From Rhodospirillales bacterium (lineage in GTDB: Bacteria > Pseudomonadota > Alphaproteobacteria > Rhodospirillales > JASLQF01), in assembly GCA_030744625.1 (NCBI GenBank), contig JASLQF010000005.1, positions 8,482 through 72,481 of the forward strand: DNA of 64,000 nucleotides, written 5' to 3'. Under the pieces are notes generated by a model. It did not search any database and had not been told where the DNA came from. It worked only from the letters and a program-made list of their open reading frames with translations. Below are positions 38,890 through 46,557 of this stretch, piece after piece. A program made the translations under genes and the position numbers. Every line of letters begins with the position of its first letter. The first letter of the stretch is position 1.

Positions 38890-40125
38890 TTACATCTCGG
38901 CCTCGCGGTAGACGGCGAGGGCCTGGGCGACGCCTTGCCCCGCCGGCAGCTTGAACCCTTGCTGCAGAAGAGTCGCCTCCAGCGCGCCCAGGCATTTGAG
39001 CGCGTTCTCCTTGCGACACGTGTAGCCCATGGTGCCGATGCGCCAGACGCGCCCGTGCAGGGGCCCGAACGAGGTGCCGATCTCGATGCCGAAGTCGTCG
39101 AGCATGGCGGCGCGTACGGCGTGGCCGTCGACACCCTCGGGGATGACGACGCCGGTGACGTTGTCCATCTTGTGGGCGAGGTCGCCGTAAAGCTCCAGGC
39201 CCATGGCCGTAAGCCCGGCGACCATGGCGCGGCTGGTCAGGCGGTGGCGTTCGAAGCGTGCCTGCAACCCCTCGCCAAGCGCAAGGCGCGCGCATTCGCG
39301 CGCCGCGTACAGCATCGAGGTGGCCTCGGTGTGATGGTTGAGGCGCTCGGTGCTCCAGTAGCCGATGAGCTGCGGCAGGTCGAGGTAGTTTGACGTGATG
39401 GTCGGACCGGCGCCCGCCTCGAAGCCCTCGGGGCGGATGCCCTCTTCCACGTGCTTGCGGCGCTCGACGACCTCGACGACACGCTCGTTGAAGGTGGCGG
39501 GGGCCGAGCCCGGGGGCCCCGACATGCACTTTTGCAGGCCGGCCGATACGGCGTCGATGTGCCAGCCGTCCACGTCCACGTCCATGCCGCCCAGCGTCGC
39601 CGTGGCATCCACGTAGAGAAGCGCGCCATGGTCGCGGCAGGCCGGACCGACGGCGTCCATGGGCTGGGCCATGGTGGTCGAGGTGTCGCCATGGACGAGG
39701 GGCACCACCTTGGGCCGGTGCTCGGCGATGGCGGCTATGATCCGTTCCTGGGGAAAGACCGTGCCCCAATCGGTTTCGATGGTGACCACCTCGCCGCCGG
39801 CGCGTTCCGATATCTCCTTCATGAGGTGGCCGAAGCGCCCGAAGATGGGCACCAGCACCGTGTCGCCGGGCTCGATCACCGAGCTCAGGCAGGCCTCGGT
39901 GGCCGAGCGCGCCGTGCCGTCGACGAGTATGGCCCAATGGTTCTTGGTCTTGAAGACCTGCCGGTAGAGGTCCATGACCTCGTTCATGTAGCCCGTGAAA
40001 CAGGGATCGAACTGGCCCAAGAGCGGCATCGACATGGCGTTGAGCACGCGCGGGTCGGCATCGACGGGACCGGGCCCCATGAGGATGCGGGGCGGAGGAT
40101 TGAGGTCGGCGTAGAGTTTGGGCAT
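38890..40125 (-). CDS. Class V PLP aminotransferase (PucG ureidoglycine-glyoxylate / serine-glyoxylate aminotransferase-like)
   Basis: Track ORF of 411 aa. ILMGPGPVDADPRVL start and an SAGLQKCMSGPPG PLP-lysine region. It is the last gene of the uraD-uraH unit. Confidence 0.7.
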   Translation of the reverse strand: MPKLYADLNPPPRILMGPGPVDADPRVLNAMSMPLLGQFDPCFTGYMNEVMDLYRQVFKTKNHWAILVDGTARSATEACLSSVIEPGDTVLVPIFGRFGHLMKEISERAGGEVVTIETDWGTVFPQERIIAAIAEHRPKVVPLVHGDTSTTMAQPMDAVGPACRDHGALLYVDATATLGGMDVDVDGWHIDAVSAGLQKCMSGPPGSAPATFNERVVEVVERRKHVEEGIRPEGFEAGAGPTITSNYLDLPQLIGYWSTERLNHHTEATSMLYAARECARLALGEGLQARFERHRLTSRAMVAGLTAMGLELYGDLAHKMDNVTGVVIPEGVDGHAVRAAMLDDFGIEIGTSFGPLHGRVWRIGTMGYTCRKENALKCLGALEATLLQQGFKLPAGQGVAQALAVYREAEM

Positions 40126-40171
40126 GGGTTTGTCCGCTTGCTGGGGTTCCGTGTTGCCGGGACGCCGTTTT

Positions 40172-40528
40172 TCAGCTCCCCCGATAGGTGGTGTAGCTCC
40201 ACGGCGTCACCAGCAGCGGCACGTGATAGTGCCGGGTGGCATCGGCGATGGCGAAGCGCACCGGCACCCGATCGAGGAACGGCGGCTCGGGAAGGTCGTG
40301 GCCGCGCCCGGCGAAATATTCCCCGACGTGGAAGACAAGCTCGTAACGCCCCGCGACCATATCCACGGGCTCGATCAGCGGTGCGTCGGTGCGGCCGTCG
40401 GCGTTGGTGGTCGCCGTCGCCAGTAGCCGTGCCGGTGCGTCGTCGTCGATGGCGAAAAGCTCGACGCGGACGCCGTCGGCGGGCCGCCCGCTTGCGGTAT
40501 CCAGGACGTGCGTGGTCAGGCCGGCCAT
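40172..40528 (-). CDS. uraH: 5-hydroxyisourate hydrolase (transthyretin-like)
   Basis: Track ORF of 118 aa. LTTHVLDTASGRPA start, HYHVPLLVTPWSYTTYRGS with the C-terminal YRGS signature. Confidence 0.9.
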   Translation of the reverse strand: MAGLTTHVLDTASGRPADGVRVELFAIDDDAPARLLATATTNADGRTDAPLIEPVDMVAGRYELVFHVGEYFAGRGHDLPEPPFLDRVPVRFAIADATRHYHVPLLVTPWSYTTYRGS

Positions 40529-40561
40529 GGCGTGGTCTCCTTTTCCCCCGGGCGCCGGTTT

Positions 40562-41095
40562 TCAGGCATCCGCCGGCTCGCCGATCAAGGCATTCAGGCG
40601 AAGACGGGTGATGGCGCCGATCTCGCCAAGCGCCGTCTCGATTTCGTGTTCGATGGTGTGACCCAGGCGCTCCTCGAAGGCGGCGAGGATGCTCTCCAGG
40701 GTATGGTTCCTGACGGCGATGATGAAGGGAAAGTCGAATTTTTCCCGATAGGCGGAATTGAGGCGGTTGAAACGCTCGTACTCGGCGTCGCTCAGGTGGT
40801 CCAGTCCGGCCCTCGATTGTTCGCTGGTGGAATCGGCGGTCATGGTTCCGATACGCGCCGCCTTGCCCGCCAGGTCCGGGTGGGCGCGCAGAAGACCCAA
40901 CTTTTCCTCATCCGGTGCGCCCCTGACCGTTTCCATCATCGCCTTGTGCAGGCCGTCGGCCGACTCCAAGGGCCGAGCCGCCCAGGTCCCGGCGGCGACC
41001 CACGGCGAATGCTCGAAGACGCCGCCCAGAGCCTCGACGAATTCGGCCTGGCTCATCCCATTGATTTGGGCGACGTCGAGCCGGCCATCGGTCAT
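40562..41095 (-). CDS. uraD: OHCU decarboxylase
   Basis: Track ORF of 177 aa. FEHSPWVA, LLRAHPDLAGK and FPFIIAVR motifs. Confidence 0.9.
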   Translation of the reverse strand: MTDGRLDVAQINGMSQAEFVEALGGVFEHSPWVAAGTWAARPLESADGLHKAMMETVRGAPDEEKLGLLRAHPDLAGKAARIGTMTADSTSEQSRAGLDHLSDAEYERFNRLNSAYREKFDFPFIIAVRNHTLESILAAFEERLGHTIEHEIETALGEIGAITRLRLNALIGEPADA

Positions 41096-41152
41096 GGCGA
41101 TTTGCTCCCTGTTTCTGTGTCGTTATCGAATTATTGTCGCGTAAACGGCACT

Positions 41153-41168
41153 AAATTGTATACAATTT
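41153..41168. promoter_or_regulatory. Perfect 16-bp palindrome, candidate GntR operator between uraD and the GntR gene
   Basis: AAATTGTATACAATTT, read directly from the sequence. It fits the FadR-subfamily t.GT-N-AC.a pattern and lies in the 110-bp AT-rich divergent region. Confidence 0.55.
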
Positions 41169-41205
41169 ATTTCCTGCATTCCGATCCTCGAAAAGGCCCT
41201 TCTCG

Positions 41206-41949
41206 GTGAATACACGATCAGCCAGGCAAAAAAGCAAAGGCGCCATCGCTGCCGGCGCTCCCCATGCCGGGCCGGCGCCCGAGGCGCTCATGTACGATCA
41301 CATGCACCGGGCCATCGCCGACCGCCGCCTTCCTCCCGGCACCAAGCTGGTCGAGGAAGGCCTGGCCGAGATATTTGAGGTCAGCCGGGCCCGTGTGCGC
41401 AAGGTGCTGCAGCGCCTGGCCCACGACAAGATGGTGACGCTGGAGCCCAACCGGGGCGCCTTCGTGGCGCGCCCCTCGGTCGACGAGGCGCGCCACGTCT
41501 TCGCGGCGCGGCGCGTCATCGAGGACGCCATCATCCGGGCGGTGGCGAGCGATGTCGGGGATCGGGCTATCGACGGGCTCAGGCGCCTCAATCAGGCCGA
41601 GCACGAAGCCCACGAGGGTCGCGACCCGCACGGCGCCATCCGGCTGTCCGGCGAGTTTCACCTGCAACTCGCGGCGTACTGCGGCAATCCGATCCTCGCC
41701 GGGTTCCTGCGCGAACTGGTGTCCCGCAGCTCCCTGATCATCGCCGTCTACGAGACCCCGGGCGGCCCCGACTGTGCCTTCGACGAACACCAGAAGATCA
41801 TCGACGCCCTTGCCGCGGGGGACGCGGAAACGGCGGCCCGCGAGATGCGCGCCCACCTGGAGCATATCGAATCCCGCCTCAACCTGACGGAGTCGGAAGC
41901 CGCGCCGATCGAGCTTGGGCACGTCTTTGCGGAATTGACCGGCGACTAG
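41206..41949 (+). CDS. GntR-family transcriptional regulator (FadR/FCD subfamily)
   Basis: Track ORF of 247 aa from the GTG at 41206; an alternative ATG lies at 41290 (MYDHMHRAIADRRL). wHTH LVEEGLAEIFEVSRARVRKVLQRLAHDKMV, then a helical FCD-like C-domain. Confidence 0.85.
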   Translation: MNTRSARQKSKGAIAAGAPHAGPAPEALMYDHMHRAIADRRLPPGTKLVEEGLAEIFEVSRARVRKVLQRLAHDKMVTLEPNRGAFVARPSVDEARHVFAARRVIEDAIIRAVASDVGDRAIDGLRRLNQAEHEAHEGRDPHGAIRLSGEFHLQLAAYCGNPILAGFLRELVSRSSLIIAVYETPGGPDCAFDEHQKIIDALAAGDAETAAREMRAHLEHIESRLNLTESEAAPIELGHVFAELTGD

Positions 41950-42060
41950 TGGCCCCGCGGTCTTTTCGCGAACATCCCGTGGTCGCCGAGGTGTTCGGTT
42001 TCCTGTAGTATTTGCGTGCCGTGGGATGTTGCAGGGGTGCGCAGCGTAAGGGGAGAGACC

Positions 42061-43260
42061 GTGAAAATCGCAATCGTCAATCTGGACAAGATCGTCACCG
42101 GCGACTGGCGCGATCCGTTAGCGGATGGCGACACCGTCGTCATGGAGGAAGGAAAGTTCACCCGCGTCGGCACCGTGTCCGCCGATGACCTCAAGGACTG
42201 CGATTTGGTGCTCGACGCCGGTGGCATGTCCGCCTTTCCCGGGCTCATCGATTCGCAGGTCCATATCACTTTCGGCGACTACACGCCGCGCCAGAAGACC
42301 GTCGGCTACCTGGAGAGCTACCTGCACGGCGGCACGACGACTTCGATCTCGGCGTCCGAGGTGCACGTGCCGGGCCGCCCCGGCGACCCGGAAGGGGTGA
42401 AGGCGCTGGCCGTCGCCGCCATGAAGTGTTTCGAGACTTACCGTCCGGGCGGTATGCGGGTGCACGCTGGCGCCATTATCCTGGAGCCCGGCCTGACCCA
42501 GGCCGACTTCAAGGAAATCGCCGACAAGGGGGTGTGGCTCGCCAAGGCCGGCTTCGGCGCCGTCGAAAGCCCCTTCGACTACACGCCCATGGTGCGCGCC
42601 GCCCAAAGCTCCGGGATGATCGTCAACGTGCACACGGGCGGTGCCTCCATCCCCGGGTCTTCGGCGATCACCGGCGACCACCTGCTCGACATGATGCCCG
42701 ACGTCTCCTTCCACGTGAACGGCGGGCCGGTGGCCATGCCCGACGCCGACTTCCAGCGCGTCATCGACGAAAGCGAGATCGCCTTGCAGGTGTGCCAGGC
42801 CGGCAACATCCGCACGGCGGTGATGTGTCTCAACCTCGCCGTCGAGGCCGACGCCTTCGACCGCTTCCTCATCGCCACCGACACGCCCACCGGCACCGGA
42901 GTCATGCCGTGCGGCATGATGAAGTCGATGTGCGAGATGGCGAGCCTCACCGACCATCCCGCCGAGTGGATGGTGGCCGCCGCCACCGGCAACGTGGCCG
43001 AGGTCTACCGGCTGGATACCGGTTTCATCCGCGAGGGCAAGGAGGCCGACGTCATCGTCGTCGACGCGGCGCTCGGCGGCACCCAGGACGATGCGCTTAC
43101 CTCCATCAAGCACGGCGACTACTTCTCCATCGCCGGATGTTTCACCGCCGGCGTGCCGCGCTTCATCGGCAAGAGCCGCAACACGCCACCCTCCAAACGC
43201 AAGGTGGAGATCGTCCACAACAACATTCCCAACCCTTTTACCCCGACGTCGCACGTGTGA
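42061..43260 (+). CDS. Metal-dependent amidohydrolase, enamidase-like
   Basis: Track ORF 42016..43260. I prefer the GTG at 42061 after GGGGAGAG. KIAIVNLDKIVTGD, GLIDSQVHITFGD and a distal ATDTP. Confidence 0.65.
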   Translation: MKIAIVNLDKIVTGDWRDPLADGDTVVMEEGKFTRVGTVSADDLKDCDLVLDAGGMSAFPGLIDSQVHITFGDYTPRQKTVGYLESYLHGGTTTSISASEVHVPGRPGDPEGVKALAVAAMKCFETYRPGGMRVHAGAIILEPGLTQADFKEIADKGVWLAKAGFGAVESPFDYTPMVRAAQSSGMIVNVHTGGASIPGSSAITGDHLLDMMPDVSFHVNGGPVAMPDADFQRVIDESEIALQVCQAGNIRTAVMCLNLAVEADAFDRFLIATDTPTGTGVMPCGMMKSMCEMASLTDHPAEWMVAAATGNVAEVYRLDTGFIREGKEADVIVVDAALGGTQDDALTSIKHGDYFSIAGCFTAGVPRFIGKSRNTPPSKRKVEIVHNNIPNPFTPTSHV

Positions 43261-43285
43261 ACCCAGGGCGTTCGGAGAAAGCCTC

Positions 43286-43729
43286 TTGAGTACCGCCGTC
43301 GAGCCCTTTTCCGTGCCTGTCGTTGTCAAGTGGGCCCACTTCGACCCGGCCGGCCTTCTGCATCCGTCGCGGGCCATCTTTTATGCCATGGACGTGCTCG
43401 AAGTGTGGTTCCGCGACATCGTCGGCGTGAGCTGGCAGGATTTCCTCGACGATTACGACATCGATACCCCGAGCGTGCGCGCCGAATGCGACTTCCTGCG
43501 TCCCACCAAGGCGGACATGGTGATCGACTTCGGGGTCGGCGTGGAACGCCTGGGACGCACCTCCGTGACCTTTTCGCTGGATGGCCGCGACGGTGCCGGG
43601 ATTCACTACTTCCAGATCAGGATGGTCATGGTTTTCGTCAGCATGAAGGACGGCTACAAGGCGTGCGAGGTGCCGCCCCGGCTTCGCCAGCGCATCATCG
43701 CCTACCGGGACGCCCGCGGCGACGGGTAG
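43286..43729 (+). CDS. Hotdog-fold acyl-CoA thioesterase (4HBT/YbgC-like)
   Basis: In-frame TTG at 43286 (after GGAGAAAG) within track ORF 43091..43729. VKWAHFDPAGLLH catalytic-Asp region. Confidence 0.6.
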   Translation: MSTAVEPFSVPVVVKWAHFDPAGLLHPSRAIFYAMDVLEVWFRDIVGVSWQDFLDDYDIDTPSVRAECDFLRPTKADMVIDFGVGVERLGRTSVTFSLDGRDGAGIHYFQIRMVMVFVSMKDGYKACEVPPRLRQRIIAYRDARGDG

Positions 43730-43812
43730 AAAAATCCGTGAAACGAGGGCTATGATTCCATCGACGATACGCTACATTCAGGAAGAAATCACACAAGCAC
43801 GAGGAGAGAACA

Positions 43813-44814
43813 ATGCGCGCGGTTGTGGTCAAGGAATTGGGGCCGCCGGAGTCCCTGAGCATCGAGGATGTGCCGACGCCAGTGCCGGGTGACGGCGAAG
43901 TGTTGGTGGACTTCCACGCCTGCAGCATCAACTATCCCGACCTGCTGTTCATGGCAGGGAAGTACCAGGTGGTGCCCGACTTGCCGTTCAGCCCCGGCTT
44001 CGACGCCGCCGGCGTGGTTTCGGCGGTCGATGGCGGCGTCAAGAACCTCAAGCCCGGCGACCGGGTGATGGTGCGCCTGCCCAGGGGCGGCGGCTATGCC
44101 GAGCAGGCGGTGTCGTCGGAGCACCTTTGCTACCCGATGCCCGATGACATGAGCTTCGTGGACGCCGCCGCCATGGGCATGGTCTATCAGACAGCCTATT
44201 TCGGGCTTCTCGACCGTGGGTACTACAAGGAGGGCGAGACGGTCATGGTCAACGGCGCTTCCGGCGGCGTCGGCATCGCCTCGGTGCAGCTCGCCAAGGC
44301 ATTGGGGGCGACGGTTCTGGCGGCGGTGAGCAAGCCGGAGAGGGGAGAGGTGGTGCGTGCCGCGGGCGCCGACCACGTCATCGATCTCAGCACCGACGAC
44401 CTGCGCGAGTCCCTGCGTCAACAGGTTTTCGCGGTGACCGACGGCAAGGGCGCCGACGTCATCCTCGATTCCATCGGCGGCGCCGTCTTCGAGGCCAGCC
44501 TGCGGGCCCTGGCATGGTGCGGACGCATCGTCATCGTCGGCTACATGTCGGGCGACATCCCGAGCGTCAAGACCAACTACATCATGATCAAGAACATCGC
44601 CGTCTCTGGCCTCTCGGCTGCCAATTACCTGTATCGCACCCCGGAGTGGACGGCGCGGGCGCAGCAGGAGCTCTTCGACCTCTACACGCAAGGCAAGCTC
44701 GAGCCCCACGTCATGAAGACCTATCCCCTGGAGGACTATATGGAGGCGCTCAACGTCGTCCGGAACCGCGAAGTGCAGGGCAAGGTGGTGATGACCTTCA
44801 AGAACGGGGCGTAA
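43813..44814 (+). CDS. NADPH:quinone oxidoreductase / zinc-independent MDR family
   Basis: Track ORF of 333 aa. MRAVVVKELGPPESL, VNGASGGVGIASVQLAK. Confidence 0.8.
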   Translation: MRAVVVKELGPPESLSIEDVPTPVPGDGEVLVDFHACSINYPDLLFMAGKYQVVPDLPFSPGFDAAGVVSAVDGGVKNLKPGDRVMVRLPRGGGYAEQAVSSEHLCYPMPDDMSFVDAAAMGMVYQTAYFGLLDRGYYKEGETVMVNGASGGVGIASVQLAKALGATVLAAVSKPERGEVVRAAGADHVIDLSTDDLRESLRQQVFAVTDGKGADVILDSIGGAVFEASLRALAWCGRIVIVGYMSGDIPSVKTNYIMIKNIAVSGLSAANYLYRTPEWTARAQQELFDLYTQGKLEPHVMKTYPLEDYMEALNVVRNREVQGKVVMTFKNGA

Positions 44815-44867
44815 TCCCAGGAGCACGCGGCCGGCGGCGGGGGAATCGGAGACCGGAGGCGCGGCAC

Positions 44868-45770
44868 ATGGCCGGCGACATCCCCTTCCTCAAGGACATG
44901 CGGTTCGACTACGGCGCGCCCGACGCCCTGTCGCCGATGGTGCGCCGGGTCATCGCCCGCAATCCCAGCGCCTTCACCTTTCACGGCACCGGCACCTATA
45001 TCGTCGGCCGCGGCAAGGTGGCCGTCATCGACCCCGGCCCGGCCTATCCCGAGCACCTCGAAGCCCTGATGCGGGCCACCGACGGCGAGGAAGTCACACA
45101 TATCCTCGTTACCCACACCCACATCGACCATTCCCCCCTGGCCGCCGCGCTGAAGGCGCGCACCGGTGCTCCTACCCACGGCTTCGGGTTCCACGGCGGG
45201 GGGCGCGAAGACGTTCAGGTGGAGGAGGGCGGCGATTACGACTTCGCGCCCGATTACCGCCTCGCCGACGGCGACGCCGTCGAGGGCGACGGCTGGACCT
45301 TCAACGCGGTCCACACCCCCGGCCATACGTCGAACCACCTGTGCTTTGGTTTGGCCCAGGAAAAGGCGCTCTTTTGCGGCGATCACGTGATGGGCTGGTC
45401 GACCACCGTGGTCTCGCCGCCGGACGGTGACATGGCGGCGTACATGGCCAGCCTGCACAAGCTTCTGTCCCGCGACGACGCTGTCTTTTACCCGACTCAC
45501 GGGCCCCCGGTGCGCGATCCGCGGCCCTTCGTGGAAGCCTATATCGCACACCGCGAGATGCGCGACGGGCAGATTCTCGCCCACCTGGCGGAGGGGCCGA
45601 AGACCATCCCCGAGATGGTCGCGACCATGTACGCGGACGTGCCGCGCAACCTGCACCATGCCGCCGGCCGCTCGGTCCTGGCCCACCTGATCCACATGGA
45701 GGGCACGGGCCGCGTCGGCTGCGACGGCACGCCGGACGACACGTTAGCGGTCTTCTCCCTGGCGCGCTGA
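44868..45770 (+). CDS. MBL-fold metallo-hydrolase
   Basis: In-frame ATG at 44868 within track ORF 44514..45770. ILVTHTHIDHSP (HxHxDH) motif. Confidence 0.8.
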   Translation: MAGDIPFLKDMRFDYGAPDALSPMVRRVIARNPSAFTFHGTGTYIVGRGKVAVIDPGPAYPEHLEALMRATDGEEVTHILVTHTHIDHSPLAAALKARTGAPTHGFGFHGGGREDVQVEEGGDYDFAPDYRLADGDAVEGDGWTFNAVHTPGHTSNHLCFGLAQEKALFCGDHVMGWSTTVVSPPDGDMAAYMASLHKLLSRDDAVFYPTHGPPVRDPRPFVEAYIAHREMRDGQILAHLAEGPKTIPEMVATMYADVPRNLHHAAGRSVLAHLIHMEGTGRVGCDGTPDDTLAVFSLAR

Positions 45771-45796
45771 TTGGCCCGGGACCGGGCAGGAGTGCC

Positions 45797-46555
45797 ATGA
45801 ATAGCAGGGGCTGGAAATCGCATTGGACCCGGCTCGCCGCGGCCGTGGTGGTGATGGTGGTCGCCGCCGCCGGCGCGGTCGGTGACGAGGACGGCGTCTT
45901 AAGCGTCCGCCGCGCCGCCATGGTGCGCGTGATCCAGGCGCACTCGGCGCTGGTCGGCGCGATGGGACCCGCCGCGGAAATTTCGGAACCCGTGCTGCGG
46001 GCCATGGGCCGCGTGCCGCGCCACCAATTCGTGCCTTCCGGCCTGGAGGGCATGGCCTATGCCGACCGGCCGCTGCCCATCGGTCATGGGCAGACCATCT
46101 CGCAGCCCTACATCGTGGCGCTGATGACCGAGCTCCTGGGGGTCGGGCCGGGCGCCGTAGTACTCGAGATCGGCACCGGCTCGGGCTATCAGGCGGCGGT
46201 GCTGGCCGAACTCGGCGTCAAGGTCTACACCATCGAAATCGTGCCTCCCCTCGCCGAGGCGGCGGCGGCGCGGCTGGCGCGGCTGGGCTACGGGACGGCC
46301 GAGGCGCGTCCCGGCGACGGATACTACGGCTGGCCGGGCCTCGCCCCGTTCGACGGCATCGTCGTCACCGCGGCGGCCAGCCACGTTCCGCCGTCCCTTG
46401 TCCAGCAACTGAAGCCGGGCGGGCGCATGGTGATCCCGGTGGGTAGTCCGTTCTCGGTGCAGCAGCTGGTGCTGATCACCAAGAACGCCGACGGGACGGT
46501 GAAGACGGAACAGTTGCTGCCCGTGCGGTTCGTGCCGTTGACCGGCGGCCACTGA
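45797..46555 (+). CDS. pcm: Protein-L-isoaspartate O-methyltransferase with N-terminal hydrophobic anchor/signal
   Basis: Track ORF of 252 aa. ISQPYIVALM and VLEIGTGSGYQAAVLA motifs. The N-terminus is RGWKSHWTRLAAAVVVMVVAAAGAVG. Confidence 0.85.
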   Translation: MNSRGWKSHWTRLAAAVVVMVVAAAGAVGDEDGVLSVRRAAMVRVIQAHSALVGAMGPAAEISEPVLRAMGRVPRHQFVPSGLEGMAYADRPLPIGHGQTISQPYIVALMTELLGVGPGAVVLEIGTGSGYQAAVLAELGVKVYTIEIVPPLAEAAAARLARLGYGTAEARPGDGYYGWPGLAPFDGIVVTAAASHVPPSLVQQLKPGGRMVIPVGSPFSVQQLVLITKNADGTVKTEQLLPVRFVPLTGGH

Positions 46556-46557
46556 CC

